Source: a virus
Virus record (IMG/VR): IMGVR_UViG_3300025168_000053
Location: 16,262-80,261 of that record
Length of the DNA: 64,000 nucleotides
Strand: one strand, 5' to 3'
The notes under the pieces: generated by a model
Seen by the model: the letters and a program-made list of their open reading frames with translations, nothing else
The model's database searches: none
Told to the model about the DNA's origin: nothing
Made by a program: the position numbers and the translations under genes
Shown: positions 38,059-47,978 of the stretch, in pieces
Layout of the letters: every line of letters begins with the position of its first letter
Position numbering within the stretch: position 1 is the first letter of the stretch

Positions 38059-39309
38059 TCATTCCGAATCCTCAGTAATGAGTTCAAGGGTATCTTCTGG
38101 ATGCTCAAAGGAACCGTCTTGCAGCCCCTTGTAGCCAAACCATTGACCGTCTGTGCCGACCTCTTGCTCAAAGAGGATAACTGGCGCAGGGAGGCGCAGG
38201 GAGGTTCTATTGAACTTCAATTGCGCTCTTGATATGGTTTTGCCTGTGAGTTCTCCGATCTCGCTTCTTTCTTGCTCTAAAGAAACCTCAATCAATTGTT
38301 CGAGGTCACGCTCAGTATCTTTCATCCATGCCGCAATATCAGCACCCATGATTTCGTTTCCGTTGGAATCGTAAGATGGCTTTTGACCTGTGACGACATA
38401 GACGTGAACGTTTAGTCGGCTGAGTTCTTGGAATGTGTTCATGGCTGCTTGGTATCGGTTCTTTCGGAACTCCCAGTTGAAACGGCCAACCTTAGTGGCC
38501 GTCTTTCGACCAGAAACCTCAACCGCATCATCACCAAGTTCCAAATCCTCTATCTTCATTGCAGTTCCACAGATATGCAACCAATGATCCATTCCGTCGA
38601 AAACAAACGTCTTGAGGTATGGGTTTGGCATTTTACCGTGAATCTTGAAGTATTCATCCTGAGATTCAGCGACCTCAAGCGCATACAACAAATCATCCAT
38701 AGTCTTGTTGAATGTTTCAGGGTAATTGAAAGGCACACGGCTCTTGGATGCTTTGTTTGTAATCCAGGGGTTGAGGACAACGATGTTCTCTTGCTTGTCC
38801 TTGTGATGTGCTGATACGGTGGAATCACCGCCAGCATCAAAGTCCTCAAGGAAAATCATTGCGCCATTGGCGACTTCCTCATCAGTCAATGAATCAACGA
38901 GCATTCCAGATTTACCAGCCTTTCGAGGTCCGACAACGCCACAAAGAACCTTGCGGTCTGTTCGCACGTGGGCTGATCGAGCAGCAGCAATCCGCTTCCA
39001 TGCAGGGTTGGCTGATTGGGGCAGCGACCATGCACCGTTTGGTGCTGAGGCTACGATTGCATCCTCTTCAAGTTCTAATGGTGCTGAATCCACAAGGGCT
39101 TCCATTGGGAAGTCCTCAGCAGCGAATCCAGAAACCATTCCTGTTTGCCTCTCAGCAACAGAAACCCCTGTTGCCGAAATGAGGGGGAGGTTTTGAGCCA
39201 CCTCAGCAGTTGAAGGGAGGTTTGTAGCCTCAGCCTTCTTCTCTTGCTGAGAAGGTTCTTTGTTCGTATCAACGGGCTTCCAATTGTCTAAAAATCCTGT
39301 TCCAGTCAT
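38059..39309 (-). CDS. RecA-fold ATPase (Sak4/AAA_24-like recombinase candidate)
   Basis: GPRKAGKS Walker A, FVFDG Walker B; adjacent to the SSB-like gene; GAGGTGA SD. Confidence 0.7.
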   Translation of the reverse strand: MTGTGFLDNWKPVDTNKEPSQQEKKAEATNLPSTAEVAQNLPLISATGVSVAERQTGMVSGFAAEDFPMEALVDSAPLELEEDAIVASAPNGAWSLPQSANPAWKRIAAARSAHVRTDRKVLCGVVGPRKAGKSGMLVDSLTDEEVANGAMIFLEDFDAGGDSTVSAHHKDKQENIVVLNPWITNKASKSRVPFNYPETFNKTMDDLLYALEVAESQDEYFKIHGKMPNPYLKTFVFDGMDHWLHICGTAMKIEDLELGDDAVEVSGRKTATKVGRFNWEFRKNRYQAAMNTFQELSRLNVHVYVVTGQKPSYDSNGNEIMGADIAAWMKDTERDLEQLIEVSLEQERSEIGELTGKTISRAQLKFNRTSLRLPAPVILFEQEVGTDGQWFGYKGLQDGSFEHPEDTLELITEDSE

Positions 39310-39318
39310 ATAATCACC

Positions 39319-40632
39319 TCAAAAGTTGCTTGTGTGGGAAATGTCGTTTGCATCGTCTGGGGCTTCTTTAGCGACGATGGATCGGAGAGGCATAGCATAC
39401 ACGCTCTTTGCATCCATGTTGAGATTGACGCTGCCATCAGTGCCTTGCCATGTTCGAGAGCGAACAATGACCCACAGGCGGCTTCCACTTGCATAATCAC
39501 GCCATCCACTGGCCTTCTTGACCTGGAATGCGTGTTGCTTCTCAACAAGGTGTCGGGACACATCAACCCAAAGACTTGCGTTGGCATCCTCTCTTCGGAG
39601 GCTGTTTGAAGTAAGGGTGATTGAATGTTTGAATCCACCCTCGGTGTAAAGATTCTCTTTCCCTGCGTGGTCAATGTAATCAACAGTTCCACTGATAGCG
39701 AAGAGGGGGCCGAAGTCCTTACCAGATGAAAGGATTTTGCGCTCGGCCATGTGATAATCAAAGACATCGGCCAAATCAACAGACGGCATGAAATTAGCAA
39801 CGAACTGGTCTGGGGCAAACAAAGAGGCGACCTTTGGGCGGATTGATTCTTCAACCCAATCGAGGCCATACGTTGCATCAATGTCAAGTGCGGTCAATTG
39901 GTTCTCATCTGGTTCATCCGATCCAGCAGGTTTCCATGCTTTTTCCATTTCAGCCTTGAAGGTGATTGGTCGAAGCATTTCGAGTTCGGCATCAGCCGCA
40001 CCGAAAGAACATTCAAGAGTCATAGGAGGCAAAGCACCTTCGCTCAAGAACTTCTCTTGGGTGTTGCCGATGAAAAGCCACTTGCGCTTGACCATGAATG
40101 CTCTCTTAGGAGAGCGATTGTCGGCCTTGAGCAAACAGATGTGGGATGCACCATTATTGATGGCAATGACCCAAAGAGGAACTTTGTCATCGGTTGCCGA
40201 TTCCTTGTAAAGCAGGGAATCATCAGCACTTTTCACAATCCATTCGCTGTTTTCCTTGACAACACGGCCAAGTCCAACGCTTCTGTCGTTTTGCTTGATA
40301 CCATAGCGTAATGCTTGACCCAAGTTGATTTCGGCTGCTTCAATGGCAGTATCACGCTGGCGTTCCATCATGTCACGTGTTCCATCATAGGCTACGATCA
40401 TTCCGACCCATGTTTCGCCTTTACCGCCAGAACCCTTTCTTCGGACTGAGTTCACTTCAAATGCTGAGGAAAAGAAATCCATGTCGTCTTCTTCAAGATT
40501 AGCGAGGACAGTTCCCGCTTGAGTCCATATTTCAGGGTAATTTTCTTTCACGAACTCGGAGAACGCTTTGAGCGTTTCTTCGTCAGTCCATCCTTTTTGC
40601 TTGCTAATTCGGGTTAATGCTTCATTCATCAT
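39319..40632 (-). CDS. Putative RPA-like ssDNA-binding (OB-fold) protein
   Basis: Beta-rich C-terminus (ISGTVDY..LWVIVRSRTWQG..NLNMDAKSVYA); position beside the recombinase. Confidence 0.5.
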   Translation of the reverse strand: MMNEALTRISKQKGWTDEETLKAFSEFVKENYPEIWTQAGTVLANLEEDDMDFFSSAFEVNSVRRKGSGGKGETWVGMIVAYDGTRDMMERQRDTAIEAAEINLGQALRYGIKQNDRSVGLGRVVKENSEWIVKSADDSLLYKESATDDKVPLWVIAINNGASHICLLKADNRSPKRAFMVKRKWLFIGNTQEKFLSEGALPPMTLECSFGAADAELEMLRPITFKAEMEKAWKPAGSDEPDENQLTALDIDATYGLDWVEESIRPKVASLFAPDQFVANFMPSVDLADVFDYHMAERKILSSGKDFGPLFAISGTVDYIDHAGKENLYTEGGFKHSITLTSNSLRREDANASLWVDVSRHLVEKQHAFQVKKASGWRDYASGSRLWVIVRSRTWQGTDGSVNLNMDAKSVYAMPLRSIVAKEAPDDANDISHTSNF

Positions 40633-40638
40633 AGGTTT

Positions 40639-41133
40639 TCACTTCCGTTGGGATTTATCCGAAGGAGGTTGGGTTCTTAAAGCCTCACTAATGCTCTCGA
40701 TTTGAGCAAGGGCTTCTTCAACCTCTTCGTAATCAAGGGGTTGCGGCAATATACCATTAAGCCTATCCACCATTTTCAAGCCATTTGACTTTGAACTTAA
40801 ATTGAAGAAGCGAGAGAACGTATGGCATAATTTTGTGATGTCCTCAGTCCGAACAAAAGTCTGTTTCCAAGTAAGACCGATCTTCTCCAATGTTGAATCT
40901 AATTCTTCGGTTCGTTTGGAAAACCAAATAATGGGTCTTACCTCATAACCGCATTTGAACTTAGTTGAAAGTCGGCAGCGTATTTCGCCTCTCAGCAACA
41001 TAGCCGACATCAAAGTATTCATCATATCACTTTGTTGTAAAGCCATGCTATCGGGTAAAAAATCAGTATCAATATCAGCAAGACCAGACTCAGTGTTGAT
41101 ATTGCGAACATCACCATTGTTAATCTCAGCCAT
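40639..41133 (-). CDS. Degenerate LAGLIDADG-fold protein
   Basis: GEIRCRL..GYEVRPIIWF recalls the LAGLIDADG beta-saddle; the signature helix is not intact. Confidence 0.35.
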   Translation of the reverse strand: MAEINNGDVRNINTESGLADIDTDFLPDSMALQQSDMMNTLMSAMLLRGEIRCRLSTKFKCGYEVRPIIWFSKRTEELDSTLEKIGLTWKQTFVRTEDITKLCHTFSRFFNLSSKSNGLKMVDRLNGILPQPLDYEEVEEALAQIESISEALRTQPPSDKSQRK

Positions 41134-41184
41134 CCTTTAATCCCCTCTTCCTTTACAGCCCATGAAGTCCATGAAAGCCATATT

Positions 41185-42630
41185 TTAGTCAGTATCTCCA
41201 TATTCTTCATCCCATCTCTTTGTTAAGGCTTCAATTTCATCTATGCTCACACAGTCATTGAGTCCCGCACGACTGGCGACACCTTTAATCACGCCTTGAA
41301 TGTAAGCCCCGTAATCACCCCAACCAGATGAAATGACATTGACATTGACAAATACGGGACTGTTCATTGAAACCTGTTCTCCTTCGATTATTTTGTGTGG
41401 ATTTGTAAATCTCATCAATGACACGGTGGGATCAATATCAACAAGCCCCACATCATAATGCGAATCTCCATCTCGAACAGCGATGCGCCATTTGGAAAGA
41501 ACAGGCCTGGAAAGCGGATTCTCTTTGACATATAGCCCTCCAACCACCATAAAAACGGATTTATGCACTTGCTCAATGTTCATCAACGCTGATTCATAGA
41601 CCGAACTTTCGTATGTCAATATACCATTTGCATTCCACAGGATCACTGGTTGTTTAGTTCCAACGTGTTCAAGATAAAACGTAGCATCTTCAATTTCATT
41701 CATCGGTTTCAAAGCCCATTTGGGGCAACCGATCTTCTTACGCCTCTTTTCAAATGGCATTGTTTCAACAGAAGGAGTAAGTAAATCAACAAACATCATT
41801 TCAATATCCCTGCCACTTGCATATTCGACAAGATAAATCCCCTCTTTAACGCCAGACGCTTCAACAATCATTTGTAGTGTTGAATCTTCATCATCAATCC
41901 TTTCACCTGCAACATTGAACAATCTTATGTCGTCTTTGAGAACGTGCAAGGTCATTCTTTCACCTTCTGGAATCTCCAAGTAAGTTCTTCCAAAAGGAAT
42001 ATCTCGAACATTGCATATCGTCGGTGATGGAATCACCATCGGCATTCCTATGGCTGGCCTTAGAACATCGTGAATGCTTTCTTGACGTGATAACCGATCA
42101 CACACTTTCTCTAAGCCAATCAAAAACGATGCTTTCCTCACGTGCCTCATCAGCCCTCCATTAGCATGAGCCAATGCCTTTGTCACGTCATGCCTATTGA
42201 TTGCCCCCTGCCTATTGCTTAAACGGTAAAAGAAGCAAAGAAGGTCTTGAGAGGTTATCCTTGAAAACAAAGGTCTTATCAGGCTTGCACGTTGAACATT
42301 GTTTTCGCATGATTCTAAAACAGAATGAGTCGTTTCAAATACACGATCTATTATCGCAACGGTTTTGTTTGCTTTGGATAAATCGGCCAACATCGAAATT
42401 GGGTTGGGGTTCTCTTCGACTTCTTCTGGATAGAGATCGGTCAAAAGAAAATAGATTTCCCGTAAATCCTCGTCGGAGAGCCTATGCTTTGATGATGGGG
42501 CATGACACAGATATGCAATTTTCCATTGACTCAAAGGACACATCAAAAGCATATTTTTTATGACCTTTGATTTGTCTTTAGGTATTGCTTTGCATACCCG
42601 TATTGATTCGCTGAAAAGGCGATAGTTCAC
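41185..42630 (-). CDS. ATP-dependent DNA ligase-like protein, probably inactive
   Basis: Helical N-domain, LRPAIGMPM, LEIPEGERMTLH (KxDGxR without Lys), OB-like C-terminus. Confidence 0.65.
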   Translation of the reverse strand: MNYRLFSESIRVCKAIPKDKSKVIKNMLLMCPLSQWKIAYLCHAPSSKHRLSDEDLREIYFLLTDLYPEEVEENPNPISMLADLSKANKTVAIIDRVFETTHSVLESCENNVQRASLIRPLFSRITSQDLLCFFYRLSNRQGAINRHDVTKALAHANGGLMRHVRKASFLIGLEKVCDRLSRQESIHDVLRPAIGMPMVIPSPTICNVRDIPFGRTYLEIPEGERMTLHVLKDDIRLFNVAGERIDDEDSTLQMIVEASGVKEGIYLVEYASGRDIEMMFVDLLTPSVETMPFEKRRKKIGCPKWALKPMNEIEDATFYLEHVGTKQPVILWNANGILTYESSVYESALMNIEQVHKSVFMVVGGLYVKENPLSRPVLSKWRIAVRDGDSHYDVGLVDIDPTVSLMRFTNPHKIIEGEQVSMNSPVFVNVNVISSGWGDYGAYIQGVIKGVASRAGLNDCVSIDEIEALTKRWDEEYGDTD

Positions 42631-42634
42631 GCCA

Positions 42635-43003
42635 TCACCTATTCAAGAAATCTTCAAACGATTGCTCATCAGGTATCAGTTCCAGAACAATACCTTTCGC
42701 CCAGTCGGTTTCAATCCATATCACGCTGTCCCTTCTCCGATCTTGATTGAATGGTTTAGTTCGTCTTTGAATAACCGACATAGCGGCATCTTTCATGTCG
42801 TTGATTGAACGTCTGTTGCCTGTCATGTGTGCAATCAAATAAACACAATCAACAATCAAAGACTTAGGAACTCTTGCTGCTTTCAAACGTGTTCGATTCC
42901 AAAGTTCGCTTACAAGATTAGCCGTTTCTTCTGGTAAATCCAAACGTGCAACCATCTGTGCAATGATTTCATTGTGATGCTCAATCCAACGTTCAATCAT
43001 CAT
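42635..43003 (-). CDS. Single cyclin-repeat TFB/TFIIB-like protein
   Basis: MVARLDLPEETANLVSELW..ARVPKSLIVDCVYLIAHMTGNRRSINDM matches the TFIIB cyclin repeat pattern. Confidence 0.65.
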   Translation of the reverse strand: MMIERWIEHHNEIIAQMVARLDLPEETANLVSELWNRTRLKAARVPKSLIVDCVYLIAHMTGNRRSINDMKDAAMSVIQRRTKPFNQDRRRDSVIWIETDWAKGIVLELIPDEQSFEDFLNR

Positions 43004-43289
43004 CCATCACCACCATTTCATCTGGCTCATCTTCCCAAGCATCATCATCATGTATGACTTCAACCAATTTATCAAGCAAAGCCCTTGCTTCATCTCTTGA
43101 AAGCATGAAGCCTTGTTTTGTATATCCTGTATATCCTCGAACAGATGGAACGACTCGATTCAATCTTAGATTCAATACTCTTGAATTGTATGCTTCACTT
43201 GTCATAACATGAAGTTCAAAACCAGGTGTGAACGATGTCGTGACGACACCAAAAACCCTCGATTTGAAATCTTTTTCATCGGCCATCAT
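42993..43289 (-). CDS. PC4/YdbC-like ssDNA-binding protein
   Basis: LHVMTSEAYNSRVLNLR..YTKQGFMLSRDEARALLDKL. Confidence 0.65.
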   Translation of the reverse strand: MMADEKDFKSRVFGVVTTSFTPGFELHVMTSEAYNSRVLNLRLNRVVPSVRGYTGYTKQGFMLSRDEARALLDKLVEVIHDDDAWEDEPDEMVVMDDD

Positions 43290-43816
43290 TCTTCCTCTTT
43301 CGCAATTTGTATTTTCTGTTGGTTTATTCGATAGCCTCGATCATCAACAACAATGTGAACGCCTTTCAATGTCGGCTCTATTGTTTGTTCCTCTCCGCAA
43401 CATGGGCAGGTCAATGATTCTGGAACTTTCACGTATTGTTGTGCTGGACTCAGTGATTCGACACGGAATACTGCGCCACACCGATTGGCGCACACTGATA
43501 CCATGCCCACCAATTCATCAGGAATGTTGATTTCGCCATCATTGTCAGTCGCCATGAGAACGGCTTCTTTTACCTCCCATCCTATGTTATCAGCGAGCGT
43601 CATAATCCAATGGTGATTGTCAAAGACCGATTGGCCGAACTCATTTGTTTTAGGGTGTGAAAAGTGAATCTCTCGAAGAGTCAGTTCCTTAACGCCAGTT
43701 CGGACATAAGCACCAACATTCGGCAAAACCCATCGGCCATCGCCAACAGATAGAGAGTTCCAAAGGTAATATGCCCATTCAATGTCTTCTTGATCGGGCG
43801 GTGGCATTTCAGTCAT
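43286..43816 (-). CDS. Hypothetical Zn-binding protein
   Basis: CANRC and CPCC; ATGA-coupled to the next gene. Confidence 0.6.
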   Translation of the reverse strand: MTEMPPPDQEDIEWAYYLWNSLSVGDGRWVLPNVGAYVRTGVKELTLREIHFSHPKTNEFGQSVFDNHHWIMTLADNIGWEVKEAVLMATDNDGEINIPDELVGMVSVCANRCGAVFRVESLSPAQQYVKVPESLTCPCCGEEQTIEPTLKGVHIVVDDRGYRINQQKIQIAKEEE

Positions 43817-43955
43817 TGAACATCCACCTCCGACATTGTTTGCATTGAACTATTTGTTCGTGCTTTCCTGTAAATGGATTGAACCTCTTATCGGCCAATT
43901 TCATTTCATTCCCGCAATCAGGGCATTTGTGTATTTTGATTGTGTAATCACCCAT
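43809..43955 (-). CDS. 48 aa CPxCG Zn-ribbon protein
   Basis: MGDYTIKIHKCPDCG..QCKQCRRW translated by hand; not in the ORF track. Confidence 0.6.
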   Translation of the reverse strand: MGDYTIKIHKCPDCGNEMKLADKRFNPFTGKHEQIVQCKQCRRWMFND

Positions 43956-44074
43956 TTATTCTTCCTCCGATTCAAACCTGCATTTTTTAGTGGCAATATA
44001 AGTGCGACAAAAACGATAACCAGGGTGAGCATTCTCATTGCATTCTTTACGAATACATGGTCGAGAAGTAAGCC

Positions 44075-44332
44075 TCATTCCTCTTCATCCTCCAAAGTGT
44101 TTCTCACGTTGGCAGCAAAGAACCTCATGCCGCTTGAATCAACATGAACACGTTCCCAACGCCATTCTCGTTTGTCGTTGTTTTGACGGAACATCAAATC
44201 CTCCACTAAGTATTTTTCAACATCCTTGAGTATTTGCTTTTTATCTAATGAAGAATGTATTCCGATCAACACCTCTCGCCAACCTGCATTGTTTGTTGGT
44301 GAAATCACAAGGTTTGGTTGATTGTTCATCAA
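44075..44332 (-). CDS. Hypothetical protein
   Basis: Fits the minus-strand gene string. Confidence 0.55.
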   Translation of the reverse strand: MMNNQPNLVISPTNNAGWREVLIGIHSSLDKKQILKDVEKYLVEDLMFRQNNDKREWRWERVHVDSSGMRFFAANVRNTLEDEEE

Positions 44333-44364
44333 TACAAACAGGCTTCCATCTTCGGTTTCATTCT

Positions 44365-44622
44365 CTAAGACTTCAAATTGCGTTTGTATCTCAATCCCTC
44401 CTGTTGTTTCAAATCTTTAATTTTGATTATTCGAGTATCAATCTCATTCAAAGCATCGAACTGTTCAACGCCCGACAAATCTTTGAATCGTGCGCTGCCA
44501 AGAAGCATTCCACGATCCGCAAACAATTCAACAAGCAATTCATCGTATGCTGAAATAAAGTTCTGGTGATCACTGAGAATCCTTGCGGCTTTTTCGATGT
44601 CACGCTTTACAAAAGGCCACAT
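44365..44622 (-). CDS. Hypothetical protein, leaderless
   Basis: GAGGCTTTAAT ends 25 nt upstream of the ATG. Confidence 0.6.
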   Translation of the reverse strand: MWPFVKRDIEKAARILSDHQNFISAYDELLVELFADRGMLLGSARFKDLSGVEQFDALNEIDTRIIKIKDLKQQEGLRYKRNLKS

Positions 44623-44656
44623 TATCTTAACCCAAAGCGGTTCGGCAATTAAAGCC

Positions 44657-44962
44657 TCACTGTTCTTTAATCATATCTTTAGTGGTTATTGCATACCGAT
44701 GATATGAGATATGCCAACGCTGATAAGCAACCCAACGTGCAATCAAGTTGATTCTGTTTTTAGGATATTTGCTGCCGCAATAAGGGCAATATCGGAATCC
44801 CTCTAAAACCCAATTGAGATCGACTGGATGGCCGCACTTCCAAAGTGCAGATATTTTGGCCGATGGTTTGCGTGGTCTTGCTTCTGGAATCTCAAGGACT
44901 GGGATAGGCGCAGGGGCTAATTTGTCCTGTTCCTGTTCCATCCCTTCACGCCCAATCTTCAC
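44657..44962 (-). CDS. Zn-finger protein
   Basis: KCGH..YCPYCG. Confidence 0.55.
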   Translation of the reverse strand: MKIGREGMEQEQDKLAPAPIPVLEIPEARPRKPSAKISALWKCGHPVDLNWVLEGFRYCPYCGSKYPKNRINLIARWVAYQRWHISYHRYAITTKDMIKEQ

Positions 44963-45569
44963 CTAAGAACGAACTATTCTCATCAAAAGTTTCATCTAAC
45001 TGTATAGTCACAGGTATGCCCCTCAAATGTTGATCTTCGGCTTCTTCCTTATTCGACCATTCACAGGCTTCGCATTTATCCTCTTTCGGATTTCCTCTCC
45101 CGTCATTCATTTTAGGATGGCCGCACCATTGGCAATCTGTCACTAAATCACAAGTTCCAAAGAATGCGCCAGGGGTCATGTCGTATGATTCATCATCAGT
45201 TCTCAATTGGAAGTGTTTCTTCCAGTCAATGGCCGACCAAAGGATCGGCGTTGCTTCCCATCCTTGACTCGCAAACGATGAAAAGAAAATCGCACAATCA
45301 ACGTGTTTAGGATTCATCATATCGAAGTTCGCTGATACGTCATCTTTTGAAATCCAGCCCCGAAAGCCGTTTTCATCAATGAATGCAATGGCACGTTCCT
45401 CATCAAGAGCATAGTGTGGCAAGTCCAGATACGGGATGAATGCGATAACATCTCCTTTGCTTGGTCGAGCCTCGTATGAGCCTAAGAATTGGCGGCTTTC
45501 CCTGCATCGCATGAAAGACACCATGATCGGTGAAAGCGGTGCTTTCGGGAACTCAACAAGTGTCGCCAT
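44946..45569 (-). CDS. Hypothetical protein with C-terminal Zn ribbon
   Basis: CQWCG..CEAC. Confidence 0.6.
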   Translation of the reverse strand: MATLVEFPKAPLSPIMVSFMRCRESRQFLGSYEARPSKGDVIAFIPYLDLPHYALDEERAIAFIDENGFRGWISKDDVSANFDMMNPKHVDCAIFFSSFASQGWEATPILWSAIDWKKHFQLRTDDESYDMTPGAFFGTCDLVTDCQWCGHPKMNDGRGNPKEDKCEACEWSNKEEAEDQHLRGIPVTIQLDETFDENSSFLGEDWA

Positions 45570-45570
45570 T

Positions 45571-45864
45571 TCAATTCCTCATGGATGGTAGCATCTTCAC
45601 TACACTTTTCGCTGGACCTGTTAGAATCAATAAGTCTTGCCCTTCATCATCAAAAGAAATCTCCCATCGAGATGTGTTGGTGAACTCCTTCTCGCCCTGT
45701 TCGTTTTCAAACCATCTTCTGGCGGGAATCATCCTCATCCATGAAGGCGGTTGCCCATAGACTGAATGAACCATGACCCACACTTTGTTTGCTGCGGATC
45801 GGGATTTAGGTTTCTTTTCATACGTGGTCATCTTTGGGCCACTGTTTTGCTTTGGTCGGTTCAT
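45571..45864 (-). CDS. Hypothetical protein
   Basis: GGAGG SD and ATGA overlap. Confidence 0.6.
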   Translation of the reverse strand: MNRPKQNSGPKMTTYEKKPKSRSAANKVWVMVHSVYGQPPSWMRMIPARRWFENEQGEKEFTNTSRWEISFDDEGQDLLILTGPAKSVVKMLPSMRN

Positions 45865-46031
45865 TCAACCGCCTCCAAAACACCTGTTCGCATCCATTCA
45901 TCCTGTATCACACCACGAAGGGCTTCAATGACACCATCACGGTTCACGACAGGCACACCATCTAAGGTTTCATCACATTCGGCCAATGAGCCGATGAGCC
46001 TTGTCAATTCACTAACCATCTCGTCGCTCAT
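45861..46031 (-). CDS. Small hypothetical protein
   Basis: ATG 46031 follows the upstream stop; ends in a GGAGG..ATGA junction. Confidence 0.5.
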   Translation of the reverse strand: MSDEMVSELTRLIGSLAECDETLDGVPVVNRDGVIEALRGVIQDEWMRTGVLEAVE

Positions 46032-46032
46032 T

Positions 46033-47928
46033 TCAAAACCCCATTGCGTTTGAAAAATTGAAACCATCAATGTCTTTGGTTGCTTCATCGTTTTCACGTT
46101 GTAGTTCGACTTCCTCATCATGCGCTGCTTGAAGTCCATAGTGGCCTTCTGGCATCACTGGATTGCCTGTGTATTCCGCCCAATGCTGTTCGGATGCAAA
46201 CCAACGCTCGCCAATGGCGGTCATGGCAATGAACTTTCCAGGCTCGGCTGATACAACACAACGCCCATTCTTTCCTTCAATGGCTGCAATGGGGGTGTCG
46301 ATCATTGGAACTGGCGTGAAATCACGTTCTTCGAGGCGAGCATACGTTTCAATCATCGCCTCAGCATTCATGGCCTTAATCATAGCATAGTCGGCTTCAA
46401 TTTCAGCATCGGTTTGCTCAGGTGCATATTCTGGTTCATCATCAATCAATGCCTCAAGAGGTATTGGATTGTCTGTGATGGCTGGAACGTTCTCAATGGG
46501 CTTTGCCTCATAGATTGCACGTTGAGCCGAGCGTTCATTTGTTTGTTCAAACCATTCATCATCCTCAGCCATACGGACAGCATGACATTCTTCACAAATC
46601 CAATCGGGGGCATCATCAACGGCTTGTTCCTTTGAGATTGGAGTTCCGCAATCAGGGCAAGCGTGGAGGGATGGATCGGTGTCGTCAGCCTCTTTGAGAA
46701 CTGGCGCATCGTCATCAACGGTTGGCCCACCAAAGGGCAAATCCCAAGCCTCACTAACCCTGAAAGAGATTGGTCGGCCACGTGCATAACGACCCGTTGG
46801 GGAACGCTCACAAGTGATGAGAAGGCGGAGGTTGTCGTTCAAGTTGAATCCGAGTTCGGTCCAGCCGCCACCGTGAACATTGTGTTCAATGTGATCCTCA
46901 GCCGTAATACTTGCCTCGAATTGGTCCAACACTCGCTTGATGGTTTGCACATGGCAACCTGCGAGTTCGGCAACATCCTCAATCGTGCGATTTGTTTCAA
47001 GCGGTCCGTCGTTGGAAAGCCAAAGAGAGAACATTTGCCACTTGATCCATTCAGTGGGTTGCTTCTTGAAATTGTGTGGGTTTTCCACGATCTCATCATC
47101 CACAGGTGGCGTTGGGTCAGCAACAACAACCACCACTTCTTCAACGTCATCGGTTTGCGGGGAAGCAACCTCTATCGAAGCGGGTTCAGGCTCAGTAAGG
47201 GAATGTGATACCCCGCCAACCTCCTGTTCCTCTTTGGGTGTGGAATCGTTAGCCAACAGTGCATCGGCTCTTGCAGCGAGTAAATCAGCAGGTGATGAAA
47301 TCGGCTCAATTGCGATAACTTCAACCTCATCTGGCTTCTCTTCGAGTTCTTGAACATCAATGGTGAAATGCAATTTTACGCTGCCAGCCGACTTGCTGAG
47401 GAATGTGCGCTTGAAGGATTCCATCATCTCGCCAACAGCAATTGGGTGGCGGAGGTCTGGAAGTAAGGATTGGTCGATCTTGACCCTGCCTTCATCATTG
47501 ACTTGCATGGCATTGTTGATTGCTGCATTGATGCCCTCAGCCCATTTGTAAGCAATGGTTGGGTCGCCTTCGCACATATCAATGAGAACGTCAATATACA
47601 TGCCAATCAACCATTCTCTCGGAATGATTGCAGGTGTGGCTTTGTCGCTCATACCCACTGGAATTGAAACCATCGCTTTGCTTTCATCGGTTGGTTCAAC
47701 CGTGAACAATTGGTTGCCAACACGGATTTGAATATCGGAACGTTGAACTTCGGCAATGGGCTTGCTGCCTCGGTCTTTGCGTTCCTCTTTGTTTAGATGA
47801 ATACCATTGGTCGTCTGGTATTGTTTGGTGAACACGTCACCAAGCAATTTCAATACTGGACCAATATCGGGGGTCAATTCAATGTTTTCGGCAACTTCGG
47901 TAATGTCTTTACGGCTCATATTTCTCAC
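46033..47928 (-). CDS. Large acidic mosaic protein with HTH and CPxCG finger
   Basis: RTIEDVAELAGCHVQTIKRVL; CPDCG..CEEC; acidic/Pro-rich linkers. Confidence 0.65.
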   Translation of the reverse strand: MRNMSRKDITEVAENIELTPDIGPVLKLLGDVFTKQYQTTNGIHLNKEERKDRGSKPIAEVQRSDIQIRVGNQLFTVEPTDESKAMVSIPVGMSDKATPAIIPREWLIGMYIDVLIDMCEGDPTIAYKWAEGINAAINNAMQVNDEGRVKIDQSLLPDLRHPIAVGEMMESFKRTFLSKSAGSVKLHFTIDVQELEEKPDEVEVIAIEPISSPADLLAARADALLANDSTPKEEQEVGGVSHSLTEPEPASIEVASPQTDDVEEVVVVVADPTPPVDDEIVENPHNFKKQPTEWIKWQMFSLWLSNDGPLETNRTIEDVAELAGCHVQTIKRVLDQFEASITAEDHIEHNVHGGGWTELGFNLNDNLRLLITCERSPTGRYARGRPISFRVSEAWDLPFGGPTVDDDAPVLKEADDTDPSLHACPDCGTPISKEQAVDDAPDWICEECHAVRMAEDDEWFEQTNERSAQRAIYEAKPIENVPAITDNPIPLEALIDDEPEYAPEQTDAEIEADYAMIKAMNAEAMIETYARLEERDFTPVPMIDTPIAAIEGKNGRCVVSAEPGKFIAMTAIGERWFASEQHWAEYTGNPVMPEGHYGLQAAHDEEVELQRENDEATKDIDGFNFSNAMGF

Positions 47929-47950
47929 TTACTCCTGTGTGGGGCAACCA

Positions 47951-47975
47951 ATCCACATAGAGCAGGGTATATCAA
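47951..47975 (-). promoter_or_regulatory. Conserved promoter motif (copy 2)
   Basis: TTGATATACCCT GCTCTAT GTGGAT. Confidence 0.7.
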
Positions 47976-47978
47976 CAT

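Noticed and set aside
40639-41133. Active homing endonuclease, intron or intein
   Set aside because: LAGLIDADG helix not intact, flanking genes uninterrupted, no splicing motifs seen
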